From the NCBI GenBank assembly GCA_046318875.1, contig JBKCTJ010000178.1, positions 1 to 61,544 of the forward strand: 61,544 bases of DNA, in the 5' to 3' direction. The position numbers were made by a program, and so were the translations under genes. The notes beneath the pieces were generated by a model that worked only from the letters and a program-made list of their open reading frames with translations, ran no database searches and was not told the DNA's origin. This DNA comes from Pseudobdellovibrionaceae bacterium (GTDB taxonomy: Bacteria; Bdellovibrionota; Bdellovibrionia; Bdellovibrionales; Bdellovibrionaceae). Below are positions 11,284 to 20,500 of this stretch, one piece after another. How positions within the stretch are numbered: the first letter of the stretch is position 1; the number at the start of each line of letters is the position of its first letter.

Positions 11284-12963
11284 GTGAGTTTTTTATCGAG
11301 ATTATCAGGTATCGTCAGTCTGTTTGCGATGTCGGCGCTTGTCGCCGTATCCGCGCACGCACAAGTTTCTCCATCGCTCAACCGAACAGAGCGTGAAAAA
11401 GAAATTGATGCAGAAGCAGTTCCCGGTGAATTTTTAGTCACACTAAAATCTGATGTGTCTGTTCAAGAAAGGAATATGCAAAGTCTGCATTCACTGATTG
11501 GGTCTCATGTGAAATCCACCATTCCTTTTTTAAATATCGCCGTTGTCTCCCGCCCAAGTTTTGAATTACAGCAAACTTCAGTAGATCTTCTCAAAGAAAA
11601 CCCACTTGTTTTGCGAGTGACACCAAATTTTGTTTATCGAGCGAACAAGCTGCCAAACGATGTTTTATTTGAAAAACTGTGGGGCCTGAAAAATACCGGA
11701 CAAACTGATACAAAACAAACCGGCACAGCTGGAATTGATATTGGTGCAGAGCAAGCTTGGGATTTAACAACTGGCTCGAAAGATATCATCATTGCTGTCA
11801 TCGATACGGGAATAAACTATAACCATCCGGATCTTGCGCCAAACATGTGGACGAATTCTGCAGAAAAAAACGGTGCAGTTGGAGTTGATGATGATGGGAA
11901 TGGTTTTGTAGATGATATTCACGGATACAATTTTGTGTCCAATAACGGAAACCCTTTAGATGACCAAGGACACGGATCACACTGCGCAGGAACTATTGGT
12001 GGCCGAGGAAATGACGGCGAAGGTGTTGCTGGAGTGACTTGGGAATCCCAATTGATGGCGGTCAAGTTTTTAGGAGCCGATGGATCTGGAACACTTGAGA
12101 ATGCTGTGAAGTCCATTGCCTATGCAACCCAAATGGGTGCAAAAATTCTCAGTAATTCATGGGGCGGAGGTGGCTTTTCGCAAGAATTGAAAGATGTTAT
12201 TGAAGCCTCCAATCAAGCCGGAACAATCTTTGTTGCCGCAGCAGGAAATAGTTCTTCAAATAACGATAGCTCCCCTGGTTATCCGGCAAGTTATGATGTT
12301 GCAAATATTATCTCCGTCGCAGCAATTGATAATCGTGGAGCTCTTGCAAGCTTTTCAAGTTATGGAAAGAAAAAAGTACACGTTGGTGCTCCGGGCGTGA
12401 ACGTTTTAAGTGTGACGATGAAGGGTTTTGAAGCTTGGTCTGGCACCTCAATGGCGACTCCCCACGTTTCAGGGATTGCCGCATTACTTTGGAGTTTTGA
12501 TAACCAATTGACTAACACAGAAATCAAAAATCGACTTATTTCAACAGCTGTTCCCTTGGCAAGTCTTCGAAACAAAGTTGCCAGTGGCGGTCTTGCTCAT
12601 GCATGGACAGCTTTAAATAACATTCTTCCGCCGCCTGATTTAAATGATCCAGCGTTGTGGCAGACTCAAGCGTTTGAAATTTCAACTGCTCACCCTTATG
12701 CTTCGAACACCGTTCAAACTTGGGAAATTTCGATTCCAGAGGCCAAAGAAATGGCTTTGTATTTTTCCAAATTTGATTTGGAAAACAGATACGACTTCCT
12801 CGAGGTCTATGATGCGTCCGGAAAGCTTCTTACTAAATACTCCGGAGGAATGGATGAATCATTTTCAGATGCGATTCAAGGAAACTATGTGAAAATCGTA
12901 TTTAAGTCGGACAATATTATAAACAATTATGGATTTGATCTAACGAAGGTTGCCTTCAGATAA
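11284..12963 (+). CDS. secreted subtilisin-like serine protease (S8) with I9-like propeptide and C-terminal CUB-like beta-sandwich
   Basis: Catalytic triad contexts VIDTGI (Asp), HGSHCAGTIGG (His) and SGTSMATPHVSG (Ser). Start set at in-frame GTG 11284, behind AAGGAGG, which gives the signal peptide SFLSRLSGIVSLFAMSALVAVSAHA. Confidence 0.9.
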   Translation: MSFLSRLSGIVSLFAMSALVAVSAHAQVSPSLNRTEREKEIDAEAVPGEFLVTLKSDVSVQERNMQSLHSLIGSHVKSTIPFLNIAVVSRPSFELQQTSVDLLKENPLVLRVTPNFVYRANKLPNDVLFEKLWGLKNTGQTDTKQTGTAGIDIGAEQAWDLTTGSKDIIIAVIDTGINYNHPDLAPNMWTNSAEKNGAVGVDDDGNGFVDDIHGYNFVSNNGNPLDDQGHGSHCAGTIGGRGNDGEGVAGVTWESQLMAVKFLGADGSGTLENAVKSIAYATQMGAKILSNSWGGGGFSQELKDVIEASNQAGTIFVAAAGNSSSNNDSSPGYPASYDVANIISVAAIDNRGALASFSSYGKKKVHVGAPGVNVLSVTMKGFEAWSGTSMATPHVSGIAALLWSFDNQLTNTEIKNRLISTAVPLASLRNKVASGGLAHAWTALNNILPPPDLNDPALWQTQAFEISTAHPYASNTVQTWEISIPEAKEMALYFSKFDLENRYDFLEVYDASGKLLTKYSGGMDESFSDAIQGNYVKIVFKSDNIINNYGFDLTKVAFR

Positions 12964-12974
12964 TGTTTTCTAAA

Positions 12975-13006
12975 AAAGGCCGTCGAAACAGAAGGCGGCC
13001 TTTAAG
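12975..13006 (+). terminator. putative intrinsic terminator after the S8 protease gene
   Basis: Stem AAAGGCCG (12975-12982) pairs with CGGCCTTT (12996-13003). The T tail is short. Confidence 0.5.
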
Positions 13007-13116
13007 CAACGCGAAATTAAAGAAAACCCTACACTCCGAAAATGTAAAAACGGGCACAAGATCTCATTTTTTTCGCCTTTACAATAGTTAATCAGTTACT
13101 TAAGATTTTGAAACTT

Positions 13117-13539
13117 ATGTGGGACAAAAAAATTCGATTGCTCATGTTCTTAAGATTGGGTGCTTTAATAGTTTTTGTCACGGGCCTTCTCCCATTATTG
13201 GCTGTCTTTCAGACCACTCAGGAGCCATGGCGGATTTTTTTTGATGTACTAAGCTGGCCGCTTGACAATATACCATCAAATTTTTCAGCTACCGAACGAC
13301 AACTGAGTGCAGTGCTTGGCGGGGTGCTTTGTGGTTGGTCTTGGGTCCTATACAAGTTAGCTCATCCCAAGATTTTCAGTTCAAAAATTCGAAGCTTGAT
13401 GAGCCAATCGGTTTGGGTTTGGTTTTTTCTCGATAGTGCAGGATCTACGATTGCTGGAATTCCGCTGAATGCGATCAGCAATATTGGTTTTCTTCTGATT
13501 TTGATTGTTCCACTCCATGCATTGAAAACACTCGAATGA
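13117..13539 (+). CDS. hypothetical integral membrane protein
   Basis: Four predicted hydrophobic helices. I recognised no family. Start set at ATG 13117; the ORF-track TTG is at 13108. Confidence 0.55.
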   Translation: MWDKKIRLLMFLRLGALIVFVTGLLPLLAVFQTTQEPWRIFFDVLSWPLDNIPSNFSATERQLSAVLGGVLCGWSWVLYKLAHPKIFSSKIRSLMSQSVWVWFFLDSAGSTIAGIPLNAISNIGFLLILIVPLHALKTLE

Positions 13540-13865
13540 TATAAGCTGTTCAAAAAGATAATTCCCATGAAAATGACGTGACGTATTGACTTCACTTCAC
13601 AAAGAGCATATTTCATCTTGTTCAACGCATCTGCATTCACTGGTAATTCGGCAGATCGCCCAAATTATGCCCATCCTGTTGAGTGCAAATCTCTACGAAC
13701 GAACTATCTGGGTGATGCGGGTTTTCTGAAGCAAATTTTTTAGTTTGGAAAAATTCTAGCATTCACTTCAATTTATGATTTATTGCATTATTCATTTTTC
13801 AACCAATATGGCTCGCAAATATTCTTGAGGATGAGTTTAGGTAAAATACCTGCTAGGATTGATCC

Positions 13866-14045
13866 ATGCATCCAGCAGAAAGCCTCACATTTGAAAAAGT
13901 CGAAAGAAAACTGCGCATTGCTGCGGCACTTTTCAAACTTGCATATCAAGTGAAGCGGTTTCAGATTGCTCAAAAACATCCTGAACTCACTCCAATTCAG
14001 GTGAATCATAAAGCTTATGCACTGATTGAAAAAGGGTGCCGTTAA
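13866..14045 (+). CDS. hypothetical 59-aa helical protein, translationally coupled to the downstream nucleotidyltransferase-fold gene
   Basis: Own translation: MHPAESLTFEKVERKLRIAAALFKLAYQVKRFQIAQKHPELTPIQVNHKAYALIEKGCR. It is below the ORF-track cutoff. Its TAA overlaps the next ATG as TAATG (14043-14047). Confidence 0.6.
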   Translation: MHPAESLTFEKVERKLRIAAALFKLAYQVKRFQIAQKHPELTPIQVNHKAYALIEKGCR

Positions 14046-14590
14046 TGCAAGATCTCATCGATGTTTTTCTGTCAGTCATTCAAAAAATTGAATCAGAAAA
14101 TATTCCTTACATGGTTGTTGGATCCATTGCCTCAATGGTTTATGGCGAACCGCGAATGACCCATGATCTTGACCTAGTCATTGATATTTTGCCGAAGGAT
14201 GCCGCAAAGTTTGAAACGCTTTTCCCTCTCGAAGAATTTTACTGTCCGCCCTTAGAAGTTTTAAGTAGTGAAATTATTCATCGCGGACAGTTCAATTTGA
14301 TGCATCATCATTCAGGCCTTAAAATTGATATTATGCTTCGAAAGACGACCAATCATTCTGTCGAGGAATTTAAACGACGCAGACAAGTTCCTTTCTGGAA
14401 AGGCGTTCATGTTTACCTTGCAAGTCCTGAAGATATCATTTTAAAAAAGTTGGTCTATTTCCGCGAAGGCGGTTCCGAAAAACATCTCAAAGATATCCGC
14501 GGCATCATGGCAGAGACCCCGCTCGACGAAAAATACATCCAGCAATGGATCACCGATCTGCGACTTCAAACAGAGTACGAAAAAATTTAG
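14045..14590 (+). CDS. minimal (Pol-beta-like) nucleotidyltransferase-fold protein
   Basis: VVGSIASMVYGEPRMTHDLDLVI fits the hG[GS]-x9-13-Dh[DE]h signature. C-terminal SPEDIILKKLVYFREGGSEKHLKDI block. Start set at ATG 14045. Confidence 0.7.
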   Translation: MQDLIDVFLSVIQKIESENIPYMVVGSIASMVYGEPRMTHDLDLVIDILPKDAAKFETLFPLEEFYCPPLEVLSSEIIHRGQFNLMHHHSGLKIDIMLRKTTNHSVEEFKRRRQVPFWKGVHVYLASPEDIILKKLVYFREGGSEKHLKDIRGIMAETPLDEKYIQQWITDLRLQTEYEKI

Positions 14591-14798
14591 ACCTGCACCT
14601 CTTGCCTGTGCGAAACTGAAGATGACTCTCAAAGATGGACGTTTTTCTGATGCAGCTTACTCGCGCGAAGCAGTTCTGGAATTTTTTGAAATCTCTTGCG
14701 AATCACTGACCGCTTTTACGCTTGAAAAGTTTCTTAGCTCTGTTTTCGCTTTCCTCAATATCCTATGGCAGCGGGCTATCTTGCTCAGCTCTATCGAT

Positions 14799-15686
14799 TC
14801 ACTTGCGGAACATAGATCGTTCAATAAATTCCGCAATTTTTAAATTGATATAGTCTGGGAAGTCCAATTGTGTGCAGTGTGATCCATAAGCTAGCTCGAC
14901 ATATTCTGACCCCGCAATCATCTCACGAAAATGGTGCTGAAAAGCCAGAGGGGTAATGTTATCTTTACCTCCTGCGATCACAAGGCTTGGCACTTGAATT
15001 TCTGCTAAAATATCGGAGCCATCGAACTCCATTAGTGATTCAAATAGCCGAATGAAAACTCCAAGATCCATGTTGGAAACGGATTGGGCATAGATTTCAA
15101 TATCTTTAAAAGCACTTAGTTTTAAATTGAAGCCGCCCAGCAAGCCGGCCACTAACATCGCTGCAGGATTATTCACAGAAGCGCTCCAAAATTGGCGAAA
15201 CAAAGCTGGCTGCGAAGTGTAAAGAGCCTGGATGCCGCGAAAGAGTGGTTCGACCACGTTCACTCCAAACATATTTTTAATTGGATTCTTCGCAAAACCA
15301 TTGATGGATGTGATGGATAAAAAAAGCTCTGGTGCTTGGCGGTACAACTGCAGCATGATGGGAGTGCCAAAGCTGTGACCCAAAAAGTGTGCTTTTTTGA
15401 TTTTCAGTTCTCGCAATAATATTTGGATATCTTGAGCTAAGTCGGGCACAGAAAGGTTCTTTCGGTTCACTGGTTGGCTCAGTTGGTGTCCCCGCAAATC
15501 AAAAGCGACGGTTGTGTAATACTGAGAAAGAAAATCAATTTGCAATTGCCAATGATTAATCAAACACGCAATTCCATAAACAAAAACAATAGGCTCTCCT
15601 TGACCGCGAATTTCGTAATAAATGGGTGTTTCGTCGAAACTTTGAATCACGCCTATTCGTTTCGGTATCAACTGAGGCGCTGCCAT
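14799..15686 (-). CDS. alpha/beta-fold hydrolase
   Basis: Nucleophile elbow GHSFGT, with a late GSHC His context. Length and layout are typical of the fold. Confidence 0.85.
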   Translation of the reverse strand: MAAPQLIPKRIGVIQSFDETPIYYEIRGQGEPIVFVYGIACLINHWQLQIDFLSQYYTTVAFDLRGHQLSQPVNRKNLSVPDLAQDIQILLRELKIKKAHFLGHSFGTPIMLQLYRQAPELFLSITSINGFAKNPIKNMFGVNVVEPLFRGIQALYTSQPALFRQFWSASVNNPAAMLVAGLLGGFNLKLSAFKDIEIYAQSVSNMDLGVFIRLFESLMEFDGSDILAEIQVPSLVIAGGKDNITPLAFQHHFREMIAGSEYVELAYGSHCTQLDFPDYINLKIAEFIERSMFRK

Positions 15687-16447
15687 TAGACTCCACCCAT
15701 CAATGAAATTTGGATCTGGGATCGGCCGAAATCGAGGGTATCACCATCTCGAAGCTGTTTTTTGGAAACAGTCTGGCCATTCACTCTTAAAAAATCCGAA
15801 TCAAAACAAATCAGCTCGACACCCAAGGTGCCAGGGCGCAGTTCGAATAACTCATCCGGGCAATCTGGCTCAAGTAAGGAAATATCAAAGTGGTGAAACC
15901 CTGCACGCCGAGGGCCATAACCAAGAGTGAGCTCTTCATCGGACTGCAAACCAGCAGTAAATCGAAGCCTCAAAGCTTCGACAAATGGCAAAAGCTCCGA
16001 TTTATAAGGACCATTTTTCACAGGAGTGAAAGGCGATCCCGCAGTGATATCCCCAATCTTTTCGGCCTGTTTTTCCAGAAAAATTCGAATTTGACCCCTC
16101 AGCTCATCGCTCCAGTTGGCAAAGCGAAGACCCTCTACAAGTCCGTCGCTCAAAGACTCAAACACACGAACTTTGGTTTTTCCGACGATAAACATCACAT
16201 TTGGAAACATAACGACGCTGCGGACCTTGCGCTCATTGATAACAATTCCATTTGATGAATCTTGATCCACCAAGGTGAGCCGATTGTCTGCTGTGACTTC
16301 AATTTTTGCGTGAAGGCTCGAAAGTTTCTTGTCGCGAATTGTAAAATCCGCGTTGGTGCGACCTATAGTAAAACCATCGTATATTTTGACCTTTGCGCCA
16401 AGGACCGCAGAATCAGGGCTTTCCATGATTTCAAAGTACAAACTCAT
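15686..16447 (-). CDS. FHA domain-containing protein
   Basis: FTIGRTNADFTIRDKKLSSLHAKIEV...LVDQDSSNGIVINERKV. A second, degenerate FHA-like C-terminal half is present. Its stop overlaps the hydrolase start as TAATG. Confidence 0.85.
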   Translation of the reverse strand: MSLYFEIMESPDSAVLGAKVKIYDGFTIGRTNADFTIRDKKLSSLHAKIEVTADNRLTLVDQDSSNGIVINERKVRSVVMFPNVMFIVGKTKVRVFESLSDGLVEGLRFANWSDELRGQIRIFLEKQAEKIGDITAGSPFTPVKNGPYKSELLPFVEALRLRFTAGLQSDEELTLGYGPRRAGFHHFDISLLEPDCPDELFELRPGTLGVELICFDSDFLRVNGQTVSKKQLRDGDTLDFGRSQIQISLMGGV

Positions 16448-16595
16448 TCCGGTCCCTTTATTAACATAATGATTACTCTCACTATTATGCTAAACATAAT
16501 TCAACTCACGAACAACTCATTACAGACTTGCCTTTGGTGGAGTCTTCAAGTAACACCATTCTTCAACCCTTGCTTTTGGACTGATTTCAAAAGCT

Positions 16596-16631
16596 AAAAG
16601 TCTTTGCCTTAAGTTTAAGGCCCAGACTTTT
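16596..16631 (+). promoter_or_regulatory. structured rpsF 5' leader hairpin (possible autoregulatory or attenuator element)
   Basis: AAAAGTCT (16596-16603) pairs with AGACTTTT (16624-16631). An inner stem GCCTT/AAGGC is also present. It ends in a T run about 10 nt before the GGAG RBS of rpsF. Confidence 0.35.
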
Positions 16632-16650
16632 CAACCACAAGGAGCCCAAA

Positions 16651-17091
16651 ATGGCAGAAACTGCTGAAAAAAGAAATTACGAAGGCATCGTTATCCTTCA
16701 CCCAGACTTAACTGTTGAAGCGCAAAAAGATTTTTTGAAAAAGTGCAAAGGAATTATCGAGAGCTTCAGTGGCACAATTCATACTGTTGAAACTTGGGGC
16801 AAGCGGAATTTGGCTAATCCAATTGGAAAAGTAAAGCGGGCAACTTATTTTCACATTTACTTTGAATCAACGACTCAGTGTGTTTCAGAGCTTGAGCGAA
16901 CAATGCGAATTAACGAAAAAGTTTTGCGATTCATGCACTCTCGTTTGGACTCACGAAAAACTTTAGCTCAACATGTTGAAATTTTCAAAAAAGGCTTACT
17001 TGAAACAAGTGGTCGTGAAAAAGAACGTGAAGCAAAGATCGCTGCACGTAAAGCCGCAGCCCAAGCCGCAGCTCAATCTGGTCAGCTTTAA
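16651..17091 (+). CDS. rpsF: 30S ribosomal protein S6
   Basis: RNYEGIVILHPDL...WGKRNLANPI with a charged, Ala-rich C-terminal tail. Confidence 0.95.
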   Translation: MAETAEKRNYEGIVILHPDLTVEAQKDFLKKCKGIIESFSGTIHTVETWGKRNLANPIGKVKRATYFHIYFESTTQCVSELERTMRINEKVLRFMHSRLDSRKTLAQHVEIFKKGLLETSGREKEREAKIAARKAAAQAAAQSGQL

Positions 17092-17114
17092 TTTAAGAAT
17101 TTTTATTCAAGAAT

Positions 17115-18047
17115 ATGACAACACTTCAAATTCGAAGTCCGCTTAAGGCAGCTCTTCTTTACTTATTTGGACTTCTGATGACATTGATCGGTGGGCCTGT
17201 TGCAAGCCCGTTTTTGAAGGTGTTTTTTAAACAATACGGTGCAGTTGTTTATTTGCTTTCTTACTTCGTATTTTGCGTAGCTTTGATATTCATGATGCCA
17301 GCAGTTGGAACCATGATGCTCTCTTTTGTTCTCAGTATTTTTATTCATGGTGTATTGGAAAAAAAGGGGGTTTCTTTTTTTCCAGCGAGCCTATTATCTT
17401 TAGGTGTTCCAATCGCATTTGTTCTGACAGCTGTGCTGATGGCAGCAGGATGGAGCTTTCATGAGCTTCAGGTCATCGTCGCTGCATTGGTCCAGGCTAT
17501 TGTCGATATGATGGTAAAAAGTGGAATGAAAGCAGACCATATCAATGCAGATTTGATTGTCCGCATTTTTCCAAGCGTAGTGGTTTCATTTTTCGTCATC
17601 GGTTTGGGCTCGGCAGTGGCTCTTGAAAGAAAAGCCCATTTCTTTTTCGGTTATCATTACGAAAAATATGCATCTCAAATGAAGCCCTTAGAATTCAAAC
17701 TGCCGGAATGGATGGTTTTTGTAGGATTGATCAGTTTGGCTTTGGCAGTCATTGGACAATTGACTGTTTATCAAGGGAGCGAAAATTCAGAAGCCCTTTT
17801 GCTAGCGGGAACCATTGGACAAAATCTGTGTATAGTCATAGCCACGATTTATTTTTTCCAAGGTTTGGCGATTCTGGAAGTGATGCTTGCGGTTCTGCGC
17901 GCCGGAGCTTTCACTAGATTTTTTGCGTATTTTGCTTTAGTTTTGAATCTTGTTCTGGTACTAAGTGCCATTGGATTTTTAGATTATTGGGTAGATTTTA
18001 GGAAGCGGCTGCGAAAGCAGACAGAAAAACAGCGGAGAATGATATGA
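17115..18047 (+). CDS. polytopic membrane protein (DUF2232/YybS-like by position)
   Basis: About 8 hydrophobic helices. It overlaps the rplI start by 4 nt. The DUF2232 label rests only on the known yybS-rplI linkage in Firmicutes. Confidence 0.6.
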   Translation: MTTLQIRSPLKAALLYLFGLLMTLIGGPVASPFLKVFFKQYGAVVYLLSYFVFCVALIFMMPAVGTMMLSFVLSIFIHGVLEKKGVSFFPASLLSLGVPIAFVLTAVLMAAGWSFHELQVIVAALVQAIVDMMVKSGMKADHINADLIVRIFPSVVVSFFVIGLGSAVALERKAHFFFGYHYEKYASQMKPLEFKLPEWMVFVGLISLALAVIGQLTVYQGSENSEALLLAGTIGQNLCIVIATIYFFQGLAILEVMLAVLRAGAFTRFFAYFALVLNLVLVLSAIGFLDYWVDFRKRLRKQTEKQRRMI

Positions 18048-18487
18048 AAGTAATTTTGCAAAAAGACGTTAAAGACCTGGGAAAAGTTGGTGATCTTGTC
18101 AGTGTTAAGGAAGGTTTTGCGCGAAACTTTTTATTTCCACGCAAATTGGCATCCATGGCAACTGAAGGCCGTATTCACGAATTCGAACATTTAAAACGAG
18201 TCGCTGAAATCAAAAAGAAAAAAGCGACTGCTGAACGCCAGGAACTTTTGGCTAGACTGAATGGCAAGACAGTTCTTTTCAAAATGTCTGCTGGTGAAAC
18301 AGATAAGCTTTTTGGAACAGTAACAACTGCAGATATTTCTCGTGAATTGACAAAAATGGGATTTGAAATCGATCGCCGTGACATTCACTTGGAAGAACCA
18401 ATCAAAATTTTGGGACAACACAAAGCTGTGGTGAAATATGGCGAAGGCGCTGAAGCACAATTGCAGATCAGTGTTGAGCGAACGTAG
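18044..18487 (+). CDS. rplI: 50S ribosomal protein L9
   Basis: MKVILQKDVKDLGKVGDLVSVKEGFARNFLFP. Confidence 0.96.
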   Translation: MKVILQKDVKDLGKVGDLVSVKEGFARNFLFPRKLASMATEGRIHEFEHLKRVAEIKKKKATAERQELLARLNGKTVLFKMSAGETDKLFGTVTTADISRELTKMGFEIDRRDIHLEEPIKILGQHKAVVKYGEGAEAQLQISVERT

Positions 18488-18489
18488 TT

Positions 18490-18717
18490 TTAATTCAGGG
18501 TTTGATCTTGGCCGAACTCTTCAAGATATAATTGCTGTAAATATTCAAGAGCCAGTGTTCGCAGTTCTTCCAAACCAAAAAGTTCCGAAGAACAACTGCT
18601 GGGCACTGCAGTTAAAAGCGTGTCTCTGACATACTTTGGATTCAATTCCGAACTTTGGGTGATTTGCTCCACCACAAGTTCCACTAGATTCATAGCTTGA
18701 TCAACGGACTGGCTCAT
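18490..18717 (-). CDS. hypothetical acidic 75-aa protein downstream of dnaB
   Basis: GGGGAGG RBS 6 nt before the ATG. I recognised no family. Confidence 0.5.
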   Translation of the reverse strand: MSQSVDQAMNLVELVVEQITQSSELNPKYVRDTLLTAVPSSCSSELFGLEELRTLALEYLQQLYLEEFGQDQTLN

Positions 18718-18875
18718 CCTGAACCTCCCCTAAATTGCAAAATGCAAAAACCCCAATAATTGAAGTTTTTGTTCTTCTCTTCCTTGAGAAGCATATTTTC
18801 TACAATGACAGTTTGATCAAATCATAAGGTTAAACATGAATCAAATCGGCTTGGAAAAACCAGCCTAGATCAAGA

Positions 18876-20285
18876 CTACAGACTGGCGCCCGGAGCAAAG
18901 TTTCGTGGTTTACCACCATAGGTTGGCTGCGGCGGCGGTGGAGGAAGCGGTCCCTGGGAATGCTCATCAGCATCCATAAATCGATTTGTTTTAGCTTCAA
19001 ACTTTAAATGAACTACACCGGTCGGTCCGTTCCTTTGTTTACCAACGATAACTTCTGCGTGACCTGCTTTTTCCGGATCTTCTTTATCATAATAATCGTC
19101 TCGGTAAAGCATCATAATAACATCGGCATCCTGCTCAATGGATCCAGACTCACGTAAATCTGAAAGCATTGGCCTGCGATCCGCACGGCCCTCAACACTT
19201 CGATTTAACTGTGCTAGCGCAACAACAGGAACTTGAAGTTCTTTGGCGAGGGCTTTTAAACTTTTTGAAATTTCAGAGACTTCTCGCTCCCGACTCTCAA
19301 CTCGAGTTTTTAACTGCATTAACTGCAAGTAGTCGATCATGATCATATCAAGACCGTATCTTGCTTTTAAGCGTCTTGCGCGGGCCCGAATTTCAAAGGG
19401 ACTTATTCCTGAAGTATCATCAATATACAAAGGTGATTCGCTCAATCGGCCTGCAGCTTGAATCAACTTTGGCCAAGAAGAATCTTGGATTCTGCCATTT
19501 CTGATTTCAGACATTTGAACAGCAGATTCTGATGACAGCATCCTCATCATGACGGCTTCTTTTCCCATCTCTAGAGAAAAATAGGCCACTGTTTTTTTCA
19601 GGCGAGTGGCCATGTGCTGAGTTAAATTTAAACTGAATGCAGTTTTTCCCATAGAAGGTCGGGCTGCGATAATTGAGAGCTCCCCTGCGTGAAAACCCGC
19701 GGTCATTTTATCTAAGTCACGAAACCCAGAAGAAACCCCGGTGACTTCGCCTTTTCGGGCATAAAGATCTTCGATTTTCTGAATACTGGCTTTAACAATT
19801 TCCATCGAGTTAGTTAGGCCAGATTTTTGAGTCTTCCTGTCACCGACTTTAAAAATTTCGGCTTCGGCTTGGTCTAGCAAAACTTCGACGTCAGCGGAAT
19901 CTGGGCTGTAAGCGCGATCGATGATGTCGGCGTTGGTTTGAATCAATCTGCGCAAAAGAGATTTTTCGTAAACAATTTTTACATAGGAAGCAATGTTTGA
20001 TGCCGAGATTGTTTTTTCTAATAATAGAGCCAAATACTCATATCCGCCGGCTTGGCTGAGCTTGCCTTCGCTTTGCAGTAAATTTGTCAGCGTAATCACA
20101 TCCACAGGCTGGTTCTTTGTTTTTAATGCTTTGATGCATTCAAACAAAATTTGATGTTGAGGACTGTAGAAATCTTCAGTGGAAATTTGATCCGCAACTT
20201 GATCGAAGGCTTCCTGATCAAGTAAAAGTCCGCCCATGATGGACTGTTCGGCTTCAATGTTTTGTGGCGGGACTCGATTAGCCAA
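18876..20285 (-). CDS. dnaB: replicative DNA helicase
   Basis: PPQNIEAEQSIMGGLL N-terminus, Walker A ARPSMGKTAF, and IDYLQLM. TTG start behind AGAGGAG. Pro-rich C-terminal tail PLPPPPPQP. Confidence 0.95.
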   Translation of the reverse strand: MANRVPPQNIEAEQSIMGGLLLDQEAFDQVADQISTEDFYSPQHQILFECIKALKTKNQPVDVITLTNLLQSEGKLSQAGGYEYLALLLEKTISASNIASYVKIVYEKSLLRRLIQTNADIIDRAYSPDSADVEVLLDQAEAEIFKVGDRKTQKSGLTNSMEIVKASIQKIEDLYARKGEVTGVSSGFRDLDKMTAGFHAGELSIIAARPSMGKTAFSLNLTQHMATRLKKTVAYFSLEMGKEAVMMRMLSSESAVQMSEIRNGRIQDSSWPKLIQAAGRLSESPLYIDDTSGISPFEIRARARRLKARYGLDMIMIDYLQLMQLKTRVESREREVSEISKSLKALAKELQVPVVALAQLNRSVEGRADRRPMLSDLRESGSIEQDADVIMMLYRDDYYDKEDPEKAGHAEVIVGKQRNGPTGVVHLKFEAKTNRFMDADEHSQGPLPPPPPQPTYGGKPRNFAPGASL

Positions 20286-20314
20286 AAACGCTCCTCTGGT
20301 TGGCGAACACGGGC

Positions 20315-20349
20315 AAAAAAAAGCTACAACATGATTTCACATCGTAGCT
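20315..20349 (-). promoter_or_regulatory. hairpin plus T8 in the dnaB leader (possible attenuator or terminator)
   Basis: Minus strand reads AGCTAC-16 nt-GTAGC followed by TTTTTTTT, about 30 nt upstream of the dnaB RBS. The stem is only 6 bp. Confidence 0.3.
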
Positions 20350-20500
20350 GGTTCTTTACTTATTTTACTGATGCTTTCACAGTTCTCATCATCTTTTTTA
20401 TCATATGCTTATTTTAACAAATGAATTCAATACTATTTTAGATGAATAGCTTAAATATTATTTATATGAAATAAAACTTAAGCTTTAGCTCCACACATTT

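Noticed and set aside
13788-14009. A 73-aa minus-strand ORF from the track.
   Set aside because: It overlaps the plus-strand 59-aa ORF, which has a better context: TAATG coupling to the NTase gene and a helical, charged sequence. The minus-strand translation is Cys/Phe/Trp-rich and implausible.
14622-14843. A 73-aa plus-strand ORF in the spacer after the NTase gene.
   Set aside because: It has no RBS, runs into the 3' end of the convergent hydrolase gene, and its composition is unconvincing. I treat the region as non-coding or possibly a degraded remnant.
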